From: Planctomycetota bacterium
GTDB lineage: Bacteria > Planctomycetota > MHYJ01 > WSZJ01
Assembly: GCA_038060895.1 (NCBI GenBank)
Contig: JBBTCT010000019.1
Location: forward strand, 20,322-53,206
Reading direction: 5' to 3'
DNA: 32,885 bases
Shown piece after piece: positions 1-8,800 of this stretch. Position numbers and translations under genes: made by a program. The notes under the pieces were generated by a model that did not search any database, was not told the origin of the DNA, and worked only from the letters and a program-made list of their open reading frames with translations. Numbering within the stretch: the first letter of the stretch is position 1; the number at the start of each line of letters is the position of its first letter.

Positions 1-11
1 AGCCCCCCGAG

Positions 12-467
12 ATGCCCGAGGACGTGAAAATCGTCTCGCGCAACAAGAAGGCACGCTTCGAGTACCACATCATCGACTCGGTCGAAGCGGGGCTGGTGCT
101 GGTGGGAAGCGAGGTCAAGTCGATCCGCGACGGCAACTCGAACATCACCGACGCCTTCGCGCGGATCCAGGACGGCGAGGCGTGGCTCTACGGCATGGAG
201 ATCGCGAAGTATCCGTTCGCGAACATCCTGAACCACGAGCCGAAGCGCGTCCGCAAGCTGCTGCTCAAGAAGTCCGAGATCCGGAAACTGGAAGTGCAGC
301 TGATGGAGAAGGGCCTGACGATCATTCCGCTGGCGCTCCTGTTCCGCCGCGGACTCGCGAAGATCGAGCTTGGCGTCGGGCGCGGGAAGAAGCTGTTCGA
401 CAAGCGGGACGACATGAAAAAGCGCGACGCCGTGCGCGACATCCAGCGGGCGAGCTCGAGAAAGTAG
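12..467 (+). CDS. smpB: SsrA-binding protein SmpB
   Basis: 151 aa ORF with SmpB signatures NKKARFEY, EAGLVLVGSEVKS, HEPKRVRKLLL and GKKLFDKR. The tmRNA gene lies 4.8 kb away. Confidence 0.97.
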   Translation: MPEDVKIVSRNKKARFEYHIIDSVEAGLVLVGSEVKSIRDGNSNITDAFARIQDGEAWLYGMEIAKYPFANILNHEPKRVRKLLLKKSEIRKLEVQLMEKGLTIIPLALLFRRGLAKIELGVGRGKKLFDKRDDMKKRDAVRDIQRASSRK

Positions 468-476
468 GGCGCGCGC

Positions 477-2087
477 CTACTTGCCGAGCTTCGTCAGCGT
501 CAGCGAATCCGCCTTGATCGCGATGAATCCCTTGCTCGCGCGCAGCTCGACGACGAGCTCGACGTCCGCGGCCTCCTCCGTCACCTCGAACTCGAGGTCC
601 ACCGCCTTGTAGTCGCTCGAGCCGACGAGAGAGTTGGCGCGCCTTCCATCCGAAAGCCGAAGCCCCGCCCCGGTGCCGGGAGGGTTGTCGTCCCCTTCGA
701 GCGCGGCGACGTCCTTGGCGCCGACGACGGCACGGAACCGGTACTTCCCCTTCGGGAGCAGCACGCCGCGCCGCCAGGACGCGACGCAACGGCCGCTTTT
801 CCCGGTCGCAATTTTCATAAGATCGACGCCGTTGTCCTTCTCCTGCGTCAGCGCGGCGTCCTCACATTCCGAGTTCGTGCGCCATTTCAGGAGCCGCACG
901 GGCTGGTCCGGCTGAAACACGAGCGGGCGCGGGTCGGGCTGCCCCTTCTGCTCCTTCAGGCTCTTCTCGCGCGCTTCCAGCCGCGCCTTCAGGCCGGTCA
1001 CGGCCGCGTCGTGCGCCCGGGCCGCGTCCTTGTTGTAGGCCTCGAGCACGGGCTGAAGCCGCTTCGCGACCTCGTCCACGCGCCTTTTCAATTTCTCGGC
1101 ATTGAAGAGCGGGAGGAGTTCGCCGACTCGCTTCCGGAACTCCGCCCTCCAGGCAGGGTTTTTCATGATCGCGTTGGCGACGATGGCCGGCGGGTTGTCG
1201 AGGATGGAGGCCTCGGCGTCGCCGAAAAGCTGGTCCATGCCGTGAGGGAGGAAGTTCGCCTTCTTCGTGACCGGGTCGAAGTAAAGGCGGTAGTTGTTGC
1301 GGTTGAGGCAGTAGCCGTCCCAGTGCCCCAGCATCATTTCGATCGCCATGAACGAGATAAACGCCTTCACGTCCACGGCCTCGGGAACGCGCGCCCAGCG
1401 TTTGACCAGGTCGGGCTCCCTGCAGATCTTGAGAAGCGCGACTAGGTCGGAGCGGTCGTCGGGGCCGCTTCCGTCGTCCTTCTGCAGTGCGGCGTCGATG
1501 TCCTGGCAGAAGCCGCCGTCGTACAGGTTGCCGCCGGACTTGTCGAATCCGCGCTTGAGCAGCGTGCGGTCGAAGCCTTCCTTGATGACGTAGAGCCCCA
1601 TGTCGCGCTTGTTGATCCAGACGCGTGCGTGGGTGACACGAGGAGCGAGGATTCCGGCGGCGCGGTAGATGTCGGAGGCGAGAAGCTCATGGAGATAGGT
1701 GTCGTCCTGCGGCGATTTGTTCAGCTGGAACTTGCGCAAGGCGTGAAATTTCTGGTCGTCGTCGCTCTTGTCCATTTTGACGGTGAAGGAAGGCGTGTCG
1801 TCGAACTCGCGATACGAACCGGCGGCGCCCTTGAGTTTGAAGTTCACCTCTTCATACACCGTGCGGTCGTTCTCACGGAGTTTTCCGGTTGCGTACTTGC
1901 GGCCGTCCTTTCGAAGCGCTTCGCAGGCCGCGTCGTCCAGCTCGATGACCAGGCGCGGAATTCCTCCGCCGCGGAAAAACGCGTCGCTCTCGTCGGGCTT
2001 GTCCTTCGGGGACTGCCCGCGAGCCGCGCCGGCCGCGAGGAGGATCGCGGCGACCGCTGCGACGCTACGCCTCGCCCAGCTCGACAT
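477..2087 (-). CDS. CotH kinase family protein (secreted) with a C-terminal beta-rich extension
   Basis: Signal peptide ending AARG-Q. CotH motifs KLKG...S, APRVTHARVWIN...GLYVIKE and HWDGY...NNYRLY...FLPHGMD. Overlaps the upstream DUF4956 gene. Confidence 0.85.
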   Translation of the reverse strand: MSSWARRSVAAVAAILLAAGAARGQSPKDKPDESDAFFRGGGIPRLVIELDDAACEALRKDGRKYATGKLRENDRTVYEEVNFKLKGAAGSYREFDDTPSFTVKMDKSDDDQKFHALRKFQLNKSPQDDTYLHELLASDIYRAAGILAPRVTHARVWINKRDMGLYVIKEGFDRTLLKRGFDKSGGNLYDGGFCQDIDAALQKDDGSGPDDRSDLVALLKICREPDLVKRWARVPEAVDVKAFISFMAIEMMLGHWDGYCLNRNNYRLYFDPVTKKANFLPHGMDQLFGDAEASILDNPPAIVANAIMKNPAWRAEFRKRVGELLPLFNAEKLKRRVDEVAKRLQPVLEAYNKDAARAHDAAVTGLKARLEAREKSLKEQKGQPDPRPLVFQPDQPVRLLKWRTNSECEDAALTQEKDNGVDLMKIATGKSGRCVASWRRGVLLPKGKYRFRAVVGAKDVAALEGDDNPPGTGAGLRLSDGRRANSLVGSSDYKAVDLEFEVTEEAADVELVVELRASKGFIAIKADSLTLTKLGK

Positions 2088-2760
2088 GCTGCACTCCTTT
2101 CACTGCGTTCAATTCGCGCACGAGCGGAACCGCTTCGCTCCCCGCACGAAGCCTCACGGAGTACGTCAGCTCGAGCGCCGCGCCCTGCCGCGCCGTCGCC
2201 GTTCGCACGAGCCGGACGGCTTCGAGGTGCCGTTTCATGGCCGGCTCCAGTTCCGCCTTCGGATCATCTCCCGTGCCGATGCGCACCAGGAGCGGCTGCG
2301 TCGGTCCGCCGCCGCCCGGTCCCTCTTCCGCGGCGGCAATCCGCGACGCCCCGGCCCGCGCAAGCGCGACGACGCCGACGATCGGGACGCCCACGGCGCA
2401 GAGCCCCCAGTTGCCGACCCCCGCAGCCATCCCGGCGACGACGGCGAAGATCACGAACGCCGTATCGCGCGTGTCCTCGACATCGGTGCGGAAGCGGACG
2501 ATTGCGAGCGCGCCGACGAGGCTGAAGGCGCGGGCGACGTTGTCGCCGATGACCATCGTGGTCATGGCGACCAGGGTGCTCAGGAGCACGAGCGCCATTG
2601 CGAAGGAATCGTTGGTCGCCACCGCGCGGCTCACGCACCTGCGGTACACCCAGGCGATCACCAGCCCCGCCACGACGGCAACGAAGAGCCGCAGCGCCGC
2701 AAGATGCACGGGAATCGCAGTCCCCGCCCCCTGCATCAGGTCCCTCATCCACTCAGGCAT
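2065..2760 (-). CDS. DUF4956 domain membrane protein
   Basis: Contains IGDNVARAFSLVGALAIVRFRT...DTRDTAFVIFAVVAGMAAG, typical of DUF4956, plus an ACT-like C-terminus. Sits between the VTC and CotH genes, as in the known triad. Confidence 0.88.
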   Translation of the reverse strand: MPEWMRDLMQGAGTAIPVHLAALRLFVAVVAGLVIAWVYRRCVSRAVATNDSFAMALVLLSTLVAMTTMVIGDNVARAFSLVGALAIVRFRTDVEDTRDTAFVIFAVVAGMAAGVGNWGLCAVGVPIVGVVALARAGASRIAAAEEGPGGGGPTQPLLVRIGTGDDPKAELEPAMKRHLEAVRLVRTATARQGAALELTYSVRLRAGSEAVPLVRELNAVKGVQHVELGEA

Positions 2761-3556
2761 CCCGCGCCGTCCTTCCGTCCACCAGCCCCGCAGCCAGGCA
2801 CGCCCGCCGGTACTTCGAAACGCTTCGGGAAGCGAGGCCGAGCCCGGCGACCAGCACCTTGAACGGCTGCGGCATCGCGTCGCGGAATTTCAGCTCGCAG
2901 ACGACAAGCCCGCCCACCACCGGCCGCGCGCCGGCGTCCTCGACACGCCCGACACGCCAGCCGTCGGCCGGCCCGCAGCGGACCGCGCGATCGAGCGTGA
3001 GGCGGAAATGCCCGTGATCCGAGGCGCCGAAGAACGCGACGCGCAGGTAGGTCAGCCGGCACACCGGCCGGAACCCGCGCGCTTCGATCTCATCCTGGAA
3101 CCAGTCGCCGGGCCATGCCGTCCCGGCCCGCGCCGACGCCAGCCGCTTCAGGTCCCCTTCCTCCACCTCCGACCGCCGCTTCTGAACCCGGTCCCCCCGC
3201 CGCCGCTTCCGCTCCAGGTACACCAGCCCGGCGCTCCCGTAACGGCGCAGCCGGAACTTCGCTCCCTCGAGCTCCTTCGCACGGTGAAACACGTCGAAGC
3301 GCGGCGTGTCGAGGTACAGCGTCGAGACCTCGTAGCCGCCGGCGAGCGCAGGGTCGCCGTGAGAGTCGAGGCCCAGGTTCCCGCGCGCCCACGCCTCAAC
3401 GGCCGCCGCCTTCGCGGCAGCGAGCAGGAACTTCACTTCAAAGGAAGCGGCCCCCGCGGGCGCGAACGACGGAGAAACGAAGGCATCGCCCTGCGATGTG
3501 GGATCTTCCGGTCGAGCTGCGTGCGTGGACTTCCCCTTGTGAACCACGGGGGACAT
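2753..3556 (-). CDS. Polyphosphate polymerase (VTC/CYTH-like) domain protein
   Basis: Motifs EVKF, YEVSTLYLDT, KFRLRRY, LERKRR...KRR, YLRVAF, RLTLD, ELKF and SKY. Start taken at ATG 3556 (MSPVV) rather than the ORF-track 3823, whose extension overlaps the divergent gene. Confidence 0.85.
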   Translation of the reverse strand: MSPVVHKGKSTHAARPEDPTSQGDAFVSPSFAPAGAASFEVKFLLAAAKAAAVEAWARGNLGLDSHGDPALAGGYEVSTLYLDTPRFDVFHRAKELEGAKFRLRRYGSAGLVYLERKRRRGDRVQKRRSEVEEGDLKRLASARAGTAWPGDWFQDEIEARGFRPVCRLTYLRVAFFGASDHGHFRLTLDRAVRCGPADGWRVGRVEDAGARPVVGGLVVCELKFRDAMPQPFKVLVAGLGLASRSVSKYRRACLAAGLVDGRTARDA

Positions 3557-3721
3557 GCTATCCGGAACTCTGAGCGTGAGAAAAAATCGTCGCGCGCCAG
3601 GCTGCGTCGGCCTTAGGCATGGATTGTTTTGGGGCTTGAGGGCCAAAGGCCGACTCCGCCCGGCCCGCGACGGACCCGATTTGGTTCCCGCACCTGCACC
3701 GCTCCAGTATGCTCCGCCGCC

Positions 3722-4708
3722 ATGCCCATCGTCACCAGCTGCGCCTGCGGTTTTCGCTTCAAGGCCCCCGACAAACTCGCCGGCCGCAAAGCGCGCTGCC
3801 CGAAGTGCTCCGAGATCGTGCAAATTCCGGCGCTGGAGGCCGAAGCGGCGTCAGCTCCGATTGAAGAAGCAGCGCCCCCGGCGGAGGCGACGCGAACGAC
3901 GTCGCCGGAAACAGAGACTCATGAGGGGCCGGCCGCGCTTCCGCTCAAGGAGCCGGCCGGCGAAGACGCTCTGGCGCCGGCATCGCCCGGGGCGCCGGCG
4001 GCCTCGCCCGATGAAACGAAGGATGCGGAAGAACCCAAAATAGAGGCTCCGGCTCCGGAGGCCCCGCCGCCGGCGGCCGCTTCTCCCACCACCCGCAGGA
4101 CAGGACGATTCAAGAAAGTATCGGGGGAGAAAGGAACGTCGAGGGCGGAGAAACCGGCGGCCGCGAAGACAGAGAAGCCCGAGCCGAAGCCATCGAAACC
4201 GGCGGGGCCGTCGCAGCCGGGCGCGATCGGGGAGTTCCTGAGTTTCAAGCGGATGATCACGCCGTCGATCGTGAAGCTGCTTTTCTGGCTTGGCGAATTC
4301 CTGCTGGTGCTGTCGGGTCTGGGTTCGGTCGTGTCAGCGATCCTCATGATGACGGCGCGGCACGGGGATGTGGCGATGGGGCTGGTGATGCTCGTTGCGG
4401 GCCCGGTCGGGACGGTCGTCGGCATGCTGCTCTGGCGCGTGATGTGCGAGAGCGCGCTGCTGTATTTCCAGGTGTTCGACCGGCTGGGCGAGATACGGGA
4501 TCTGCTGGCGAAGGGGAAGGAAGGGGGGACGGCGGTGAGCTCCGCGCCGGTTCCCGCAGGACCGGGGCAAGTCGTCGTCGCGGCCTCGACGCCCGCGCTG
4601 GATGCGGCGACGAGTGCTGCCGTTGCGGCCCCTCCGGTGGAAGTTCCTGCGGCTGAGAAACCGCCGGCCGAGGCCGGCAGTGACGCTGCACCGCCGCCGC
4701 AGGCGTAG
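3722..4708 (+). CDS. Zinc-ribbon and DUF4282 domain membrane protein
   Basis: From ATG 3722: CACG...KLAGRKARCPKC zinc ribbon, Pro/Ala/Glu-rich linker, then FLSFKRMITPSIVKLLFWLG and two TM helices ending WRVMCESALLYF (DUF4282-like). Confidence 0.75.
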   Translation: MPIVTSCACGFRFKAPDKLAGRKARCPKCSEIVQIPALEAEAASAPIEEAAPPAEATRTTSPETETHEGPAALPLKEPAGEDALAPASPGAPAASPDETKDAEEPKIEAPAPEAPPPAAASPTTRRTGRFKKVSGEKGTSRAEKPAAAKTEKPEPKPSKPAGPSQPGAIGEFLSFKRMITPSIVKLLFWLGEFLLVLSGLGSVVSAILMMTARHGDVAMGLVMLVAGPVGTVVGMLLWRVMCESALLYFQVFDRLGEIRDLLAKGKEGGTAVSSAPVPAGPGQVVVAASTPALDAATSAAVAAPPVEVPAAEKPPAEAGSDAAPPPQA

Positions 4709-4715
4709 GCGCGGT

Positions 4716-5033
4716 TCACGCGGAGAGGGACGGGTCGCTGGAGTCTCGCTTGCGACACCGGCTCAGGCGTTTCAATTCGGCGATGTCTCCGCGAACGAGG
4801 GCCTCTTTTTTGGCGCGAGTCCAGGACTTAAGCTGGAGTTCGCGGGTGGTTGCGGACTCCCAGGAAGCGTGATGTTCGCTCCAGGCCAGATGGACAGGGA
4901 GCCTTGTCCGGGTGAAATGACAACCCCTGCCCTCGGCATGGAGAGAAAGGCGAAGAGACAGGTTGGTCGCGCGGCCGATGTACAGCGCGCCGTCGGAACA
5001 GCGAAGGATGTAGACGACGAAGGCGCGCGGCAT
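4716..5033 (-). CDS. Small stand-alone GIY-YIG nuclease (YhbQ/UPF0213-like)
   Basis: VYILRCSDGALYIG, RLSLH..G.G..FT..R.P..L, and ATTRELQLKSWTRAKKEAL. Confidence 0.9.
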   Translation of the reverse strand: MPRAFVVYILRCSDGALYIGRATNLSLRLSLHAEGRGCHFTRTRLPVHLAWSEHHASWESATTRELQLKSWTRAKKEALVRGDIAELKRLSRCRKRDSSDPSLSA

Positions 5034-5138
5034 CCGCGAAGGGTAGGAACCTGAATCAGCGAATGCAGTCCGTCGGCTTAGGAATTCGCGCAGGGGAACA
5101 ATTTTCCCACGTCGAGCGGCATGGGAAGCTTGGTCGGG

Positions 5139-5282
5139 CCCTTCGACTCACGCCCGCGGCGAAAGGCCGCCGCGGCGTTCGCTCAGGGCATTCGACTCGC
5201 ATCCTCAAAGTTCGCGCGAGGCTCCGCCATGAGCGAGCCTGTTGAGAGGCGCGAAGCGCCGAACAACAGGCGAGTCGAATGG
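5139..5282. repeat. Cluster of REP-like structured repeats, NNN-TTCGACTC-[hairpin]-TCGCTCA-NNN'
   Basis: Unit on + at 5139-5188: CCC TTCGACTC, stem ACGCCCGCGGCG/CGCCGCGGCGT, TCGCTCA GGG. Partial unit at 5189-5200. Unit on - at 5282-5227: CCA TTCGACTC, stem GCCTGTTG/CAACAGGC, TCGCTCA TGG. A hairpin-less copy lies at 32221-32240. Confidence 0.75.
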
Positions 5283-5660
5283 AGGCGGCGGGAATCGAAC
5301 CCGCGTCCCAGAGAGCTTCAACCGGCACATCTCCGTGCGCACTCTGTGTTTTGTCGTCGCAACCGGAGTCGCCCACAGAGAGGCTCTTCCGGCCGCCAGG
5401 TCCGTTTTTTCCGTGGGCGCAGGGTAGTGGACCGGACACCCATTGCTCTACCTCACGCGCGGCGCTCCGCCCAGCCGGGCCGTCACCTTTTCAGGCAACG
5501 CACCTGCGTAAGGGTGGCTGGGAGGGCGTGACTGCAATTAAGCAGCCAGGTTGTACGCGGGAGTCGCGTGTACAAATGTGCCCAAGGTTTAACGAGGCCG
5601 ATGGGCGTCCTCGGCACGCAGTACCGGCATCCACGCCCCGGTCGAGACCATGGCGCCCCC
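5280..5660 (-). ncRNA. ssrA: Transfer-messenger RNA (tmRNA), one-piece
   Basis: 5' end GGGGGCGCCATGGTCTCGAC and 3' end GGACGCGGGTTCGATTCCCGCCGCCTCCA (T-arm). The acceptor stem GGGGGCG/CGCCTCC has the G3-U alanine determinant. The internal tag ORF ends LAA-stop. The terminal CCA is not encoded after the discriminator. Confidence 0.96.
5538..5567 (-). other. tmRNA proteolysis tag reading frame (A)ATPAYNLAA*
   Basis: GCG ACT CCC GCG TAC AAC CTG GCT GCT TAA, preceded by TTTGTACAC. The resume codon position is inferred. Confidence 0.8.
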
Positions 5661-5798
5661 GTTGAAGTGATGGGGAGATCTTGAAGGGTGGTGGAGCCAT
5701 GCTTGTTGGCTCCGGTTGTCAGAGAACTGAACAGATGATAACGCAAATCGCCAGAAGGTCCGGCACCGATTGCGCGATTTGAGCCGTGAAGAAGAGCC

Positions 5799-5826
5799 CC
5801 CCGGCAGGGCCGCAACCCTGCCGGGG
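5799..5826 (-). terminator. Hairpin downstream of the FN3 lipoprotein gene, possible intrinsic terminator
   Basis: Perfect 11-bp stem CCCCGGCAGGG/CCCTGCCGGGG, 13 nt past the stop codon, followed on - by GGCTCTTCTTC (weak U tract). Confidence 0.5.
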
Positions 5827-5839
5827 ACGAACGATGGAG

Positions 5840-8800
5840 TTACCTCCTCTGGATCGCGTACGTTCCGGTCTCGGAGCCCTTCCCTTTCGTATCTTCCACG
5901 GTCACCGTGAAGTTCCCGCTCGTCGGCGCGACGAAGGTCAGCTCGAGAGTCGGGAGAGGATTGGTGACGCTTTCGGCGCTGACGTTTTTCAGCCCGTCCG
6001 TCGAAACGGCCAGCACGTTGCCTTCCGCGTCGCGGACCGTCAGCTTCGGGGACATCGTCGAACCGTGCCCCGAACGCTCGCTGTCGCCGTCGCTTCCCGG
6101 CGGTGCCGCCGCAGGTCTTGCGTAGGCGGCCAGGGTCACCAATTCCGTGGAAGTCGCGGCGAACGAGAACACGTCCACGTCGCCATCGGCGGAGATGAGG
6201 CCAGAAGCGCGTCCCGCGAGGTCCATCACGTCGGCGGCGCCGGGCGAGTCGTTCGGCTCGGACTCGATGGGGACCGCGAGGAAGCGCTGGAGTTCGAATG
6301 CATACAGCGTGTCGCTGCTCCAGCCCTTCACGCGGATGTAGTGAATCCCGCTTTCACGCAGCATGGCGCGGACCGTGTGAAGACTGCCCTGCTGGGGATC
6401 GGAGGGGATGACCGCGGTGCCGTTGGCGCCGACGATATCCACGATGATGTGATGCCTGGCGTCCTCGCTGTTCTCGGCGTCATAGACCTTGATGCGGACC
6501 AGGTCGCCTGCGGAACCCGTGAAGGCGAACCAGTCCTCGTCCTTCTTGTCGGCGTAGGCGTTCCTGAAATCGCCGTACGCGACCGGGTTAGCTTCCGCCG
6601 GAACGTTGTTGGGCTCGGACTCCGACGTCTTGGGTGCAGGGGAGGAATCGACGTGGAGGAAATAGGGGCCGTCTCCGGAGGAGCCGCCGTCGTCGAAGAC
6701 GCGCACGGTCCAGGTCCCCTTCGTCGAGGCGAGCCAGGTGAACTCGACATCCTCGAAGACCGAGTCGGACACCATCATCGCCTTCTTCCCCGCCGGGTCG
6801 TAGAGCCACAGGCGGGGGTTGGTGTACCCGCATCCTTTCGCGATGCCATTCCGGTACGCCACGACCTCGAACCGGAGAACGGTCGCGGCGGAAACCTCGA
6901 ACGAGAAGTAGTCCGACTCGTTATTGACGTGCCAGCCGTAGACGTTGACGGGCAGCGTCAATTCCTCGGCGTCGTCCCGCTTGTCGTTCCCTCCCTTGAC
7001 TCCCGGGGCTTCCGATTCGAACACGAGCGGAAGCGGGACGGGGCGGACGAGGATCGCGTATTCGCGGACGGCGTTGTCATTGGAAGCCTGGAGGCGCACG
7101 AAGAACTTTCCTGTTACGGGGGCGCGGAAGAGTGGGACGTCGAGGTCATGGTCGCCGGACTTCCAGGAACCGCGGTCATGGCGCAGGAGGGTGTCGCCGG
7201 AGGGGTCGAGAAGCTGGAGGATGGGGATGGCGTCGGAGGAATTCCAGGTTGCCTGGGTCATGCGGGTGCCGAAGAGCTCGACGGTGAATACGTCGCCGGC
7301 GTTGGCCTGGAAAGACCAGTAATCCAGGTCAGCGAGGGTGTCGAGGTGTCCGTGTCCGGCCGTGCCGGGGGGAAGCGGGTTGGCGGTGTCGGTCGAGTTG
7401 TTGGGCTCGGTTTCCTCGATGGTCAGCGTGACCGGGAGGAGCGAGGTCGTGCCTGCGGCGCCGTTGGAGATGCCTGCGGTATTGCCGGCCTCGTCCTTTG
7501 CCCGGATGGAGAAGTAGAAAGTCGTGCCGCTGGCCAGACCCGTGACGACAAAGGTCTGCGCGGAACCAGCGGCGAGCGGCGTGGGAGCACCGGGAACAGG
7601 GTTGGCGGCGTCGAAGAGGGCATCGGTCGTGACAGGCAGGCTGGACCACCGGATCTCATAGAGCGCGGCCGTGCCGGTCCACCCGTCGTCCCCGGGCGCG
7701 GTCCAGGACAGTGAGATCGTCGTGTCGGTCCATGCGACGACGCCGAGGTTGTTGATCGCGGCGGGGGCCGTCAGGTCCGGAGGGGGCGCCGTCGTTCCGG
7801 CGGGCGAATTCGAAATCGCGCCCGTGTTCGGCACTTCATCGACCGCGCGCACCGCGAAGTAGTAAGTGCTGGCGGGCTCGAGATTGTTCACTACGAGGGA
7901 CTGGGGCGTGCCAGCCGCTTCGGGCGCCGGCGGATTGCCCACGGCCGTCGCGTTGTCGAAATCGGTCTCGGTCAGGATCGGGGCCAGCGCGTAGCGGACG
8001 AGGTATGCGGAAGCCGTGCCCGCGTTGCCGTCATCCCCGGGCGCAAGCCAGGTCAAGGTCAGGGTGTAAGGCGTGGGAGTGGAGACGGCGAGGTCATTGA
8101 TGGCCGAAGGTGCCGTCGTGTCGGGCACGGGAAGGGTGGCGGAGACGACGTTGGACAGTTCGCTGACGTTGGGCACTTCGTCACCCGTTCGGAGGGCGAA
8201 CCAGTAGGTCAGCCCCGCCGTCAGATTTCCGGCCGTAAACGTCTCCTGTTCGCCAGGCTGCGCGGGAACCGGCTCTCCGTTAGCGGGCGTTGCCGCGTCG
8301 AAATTCGCCGCGTCGATAGGCGAGGTCGAGTAACGGACGTCGTATGTGGAGGCCGGCCCGCCGCCAGCGCCATCGTCTCCCGGCGCCGTCCACTGCAGCT
8401 TCGCATCCACCGACGACGTCTCGATCACCGCCAGGTCCGTGACGGCCGGTGGAGCCGTGACGTCGGGCGGCGGAAGCGTCCTTCCCTGCACGACGTTGGA
8501 CATCGGGCTGGCGTTGCCCGCATCGTCGATCGTTTTGAGCGCGAACCAGTAGTCGGTTTCCGACGAAAGGCCCATGACCGTCTTCGTTTCCGGGCTGCCG
8601 GGAGCGGCAGGCGTGGGCTCCCCGCTGACTTCGGTCGCGCCGCTGAAATCGGCATCCGTGGCGATCGGCGTGGTCGAGTACCGGAGGTCATACGAGGCCG
8701 CCTGGCCGCTCGCAAAGTCGTCTCCGGAAGCGGTCCATGTCAGGGTGGCAGTCAAGTGAGTGACGCCTGTCAGTGAGAGATCGGTTGCAGCACCGGGCGC

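Noticed and set aside
467-5280. Integrative element or prophage inserted at the ssrA 3' end
   Set aside because: No integrase or phage genes, and I found no duplicated ssrA 3' fragment in the window.
5139-5282. CRISPR mini-array
   Set aside because: The units are inverted, have internal variable hairpins and lack regular spacers. There are no cas genes.
5280-5310. tRNA gene suggested by GGTTCGATTCC
   Set aside because: It is the tRNA-like 3' domain of tmRNA; its pairing 5' end is about 380 nt away.
5056-5815. Several short ORFs over the ssrA region
   Set aside because: They overlap the tmRNA and the repeats and have no protein-like features.
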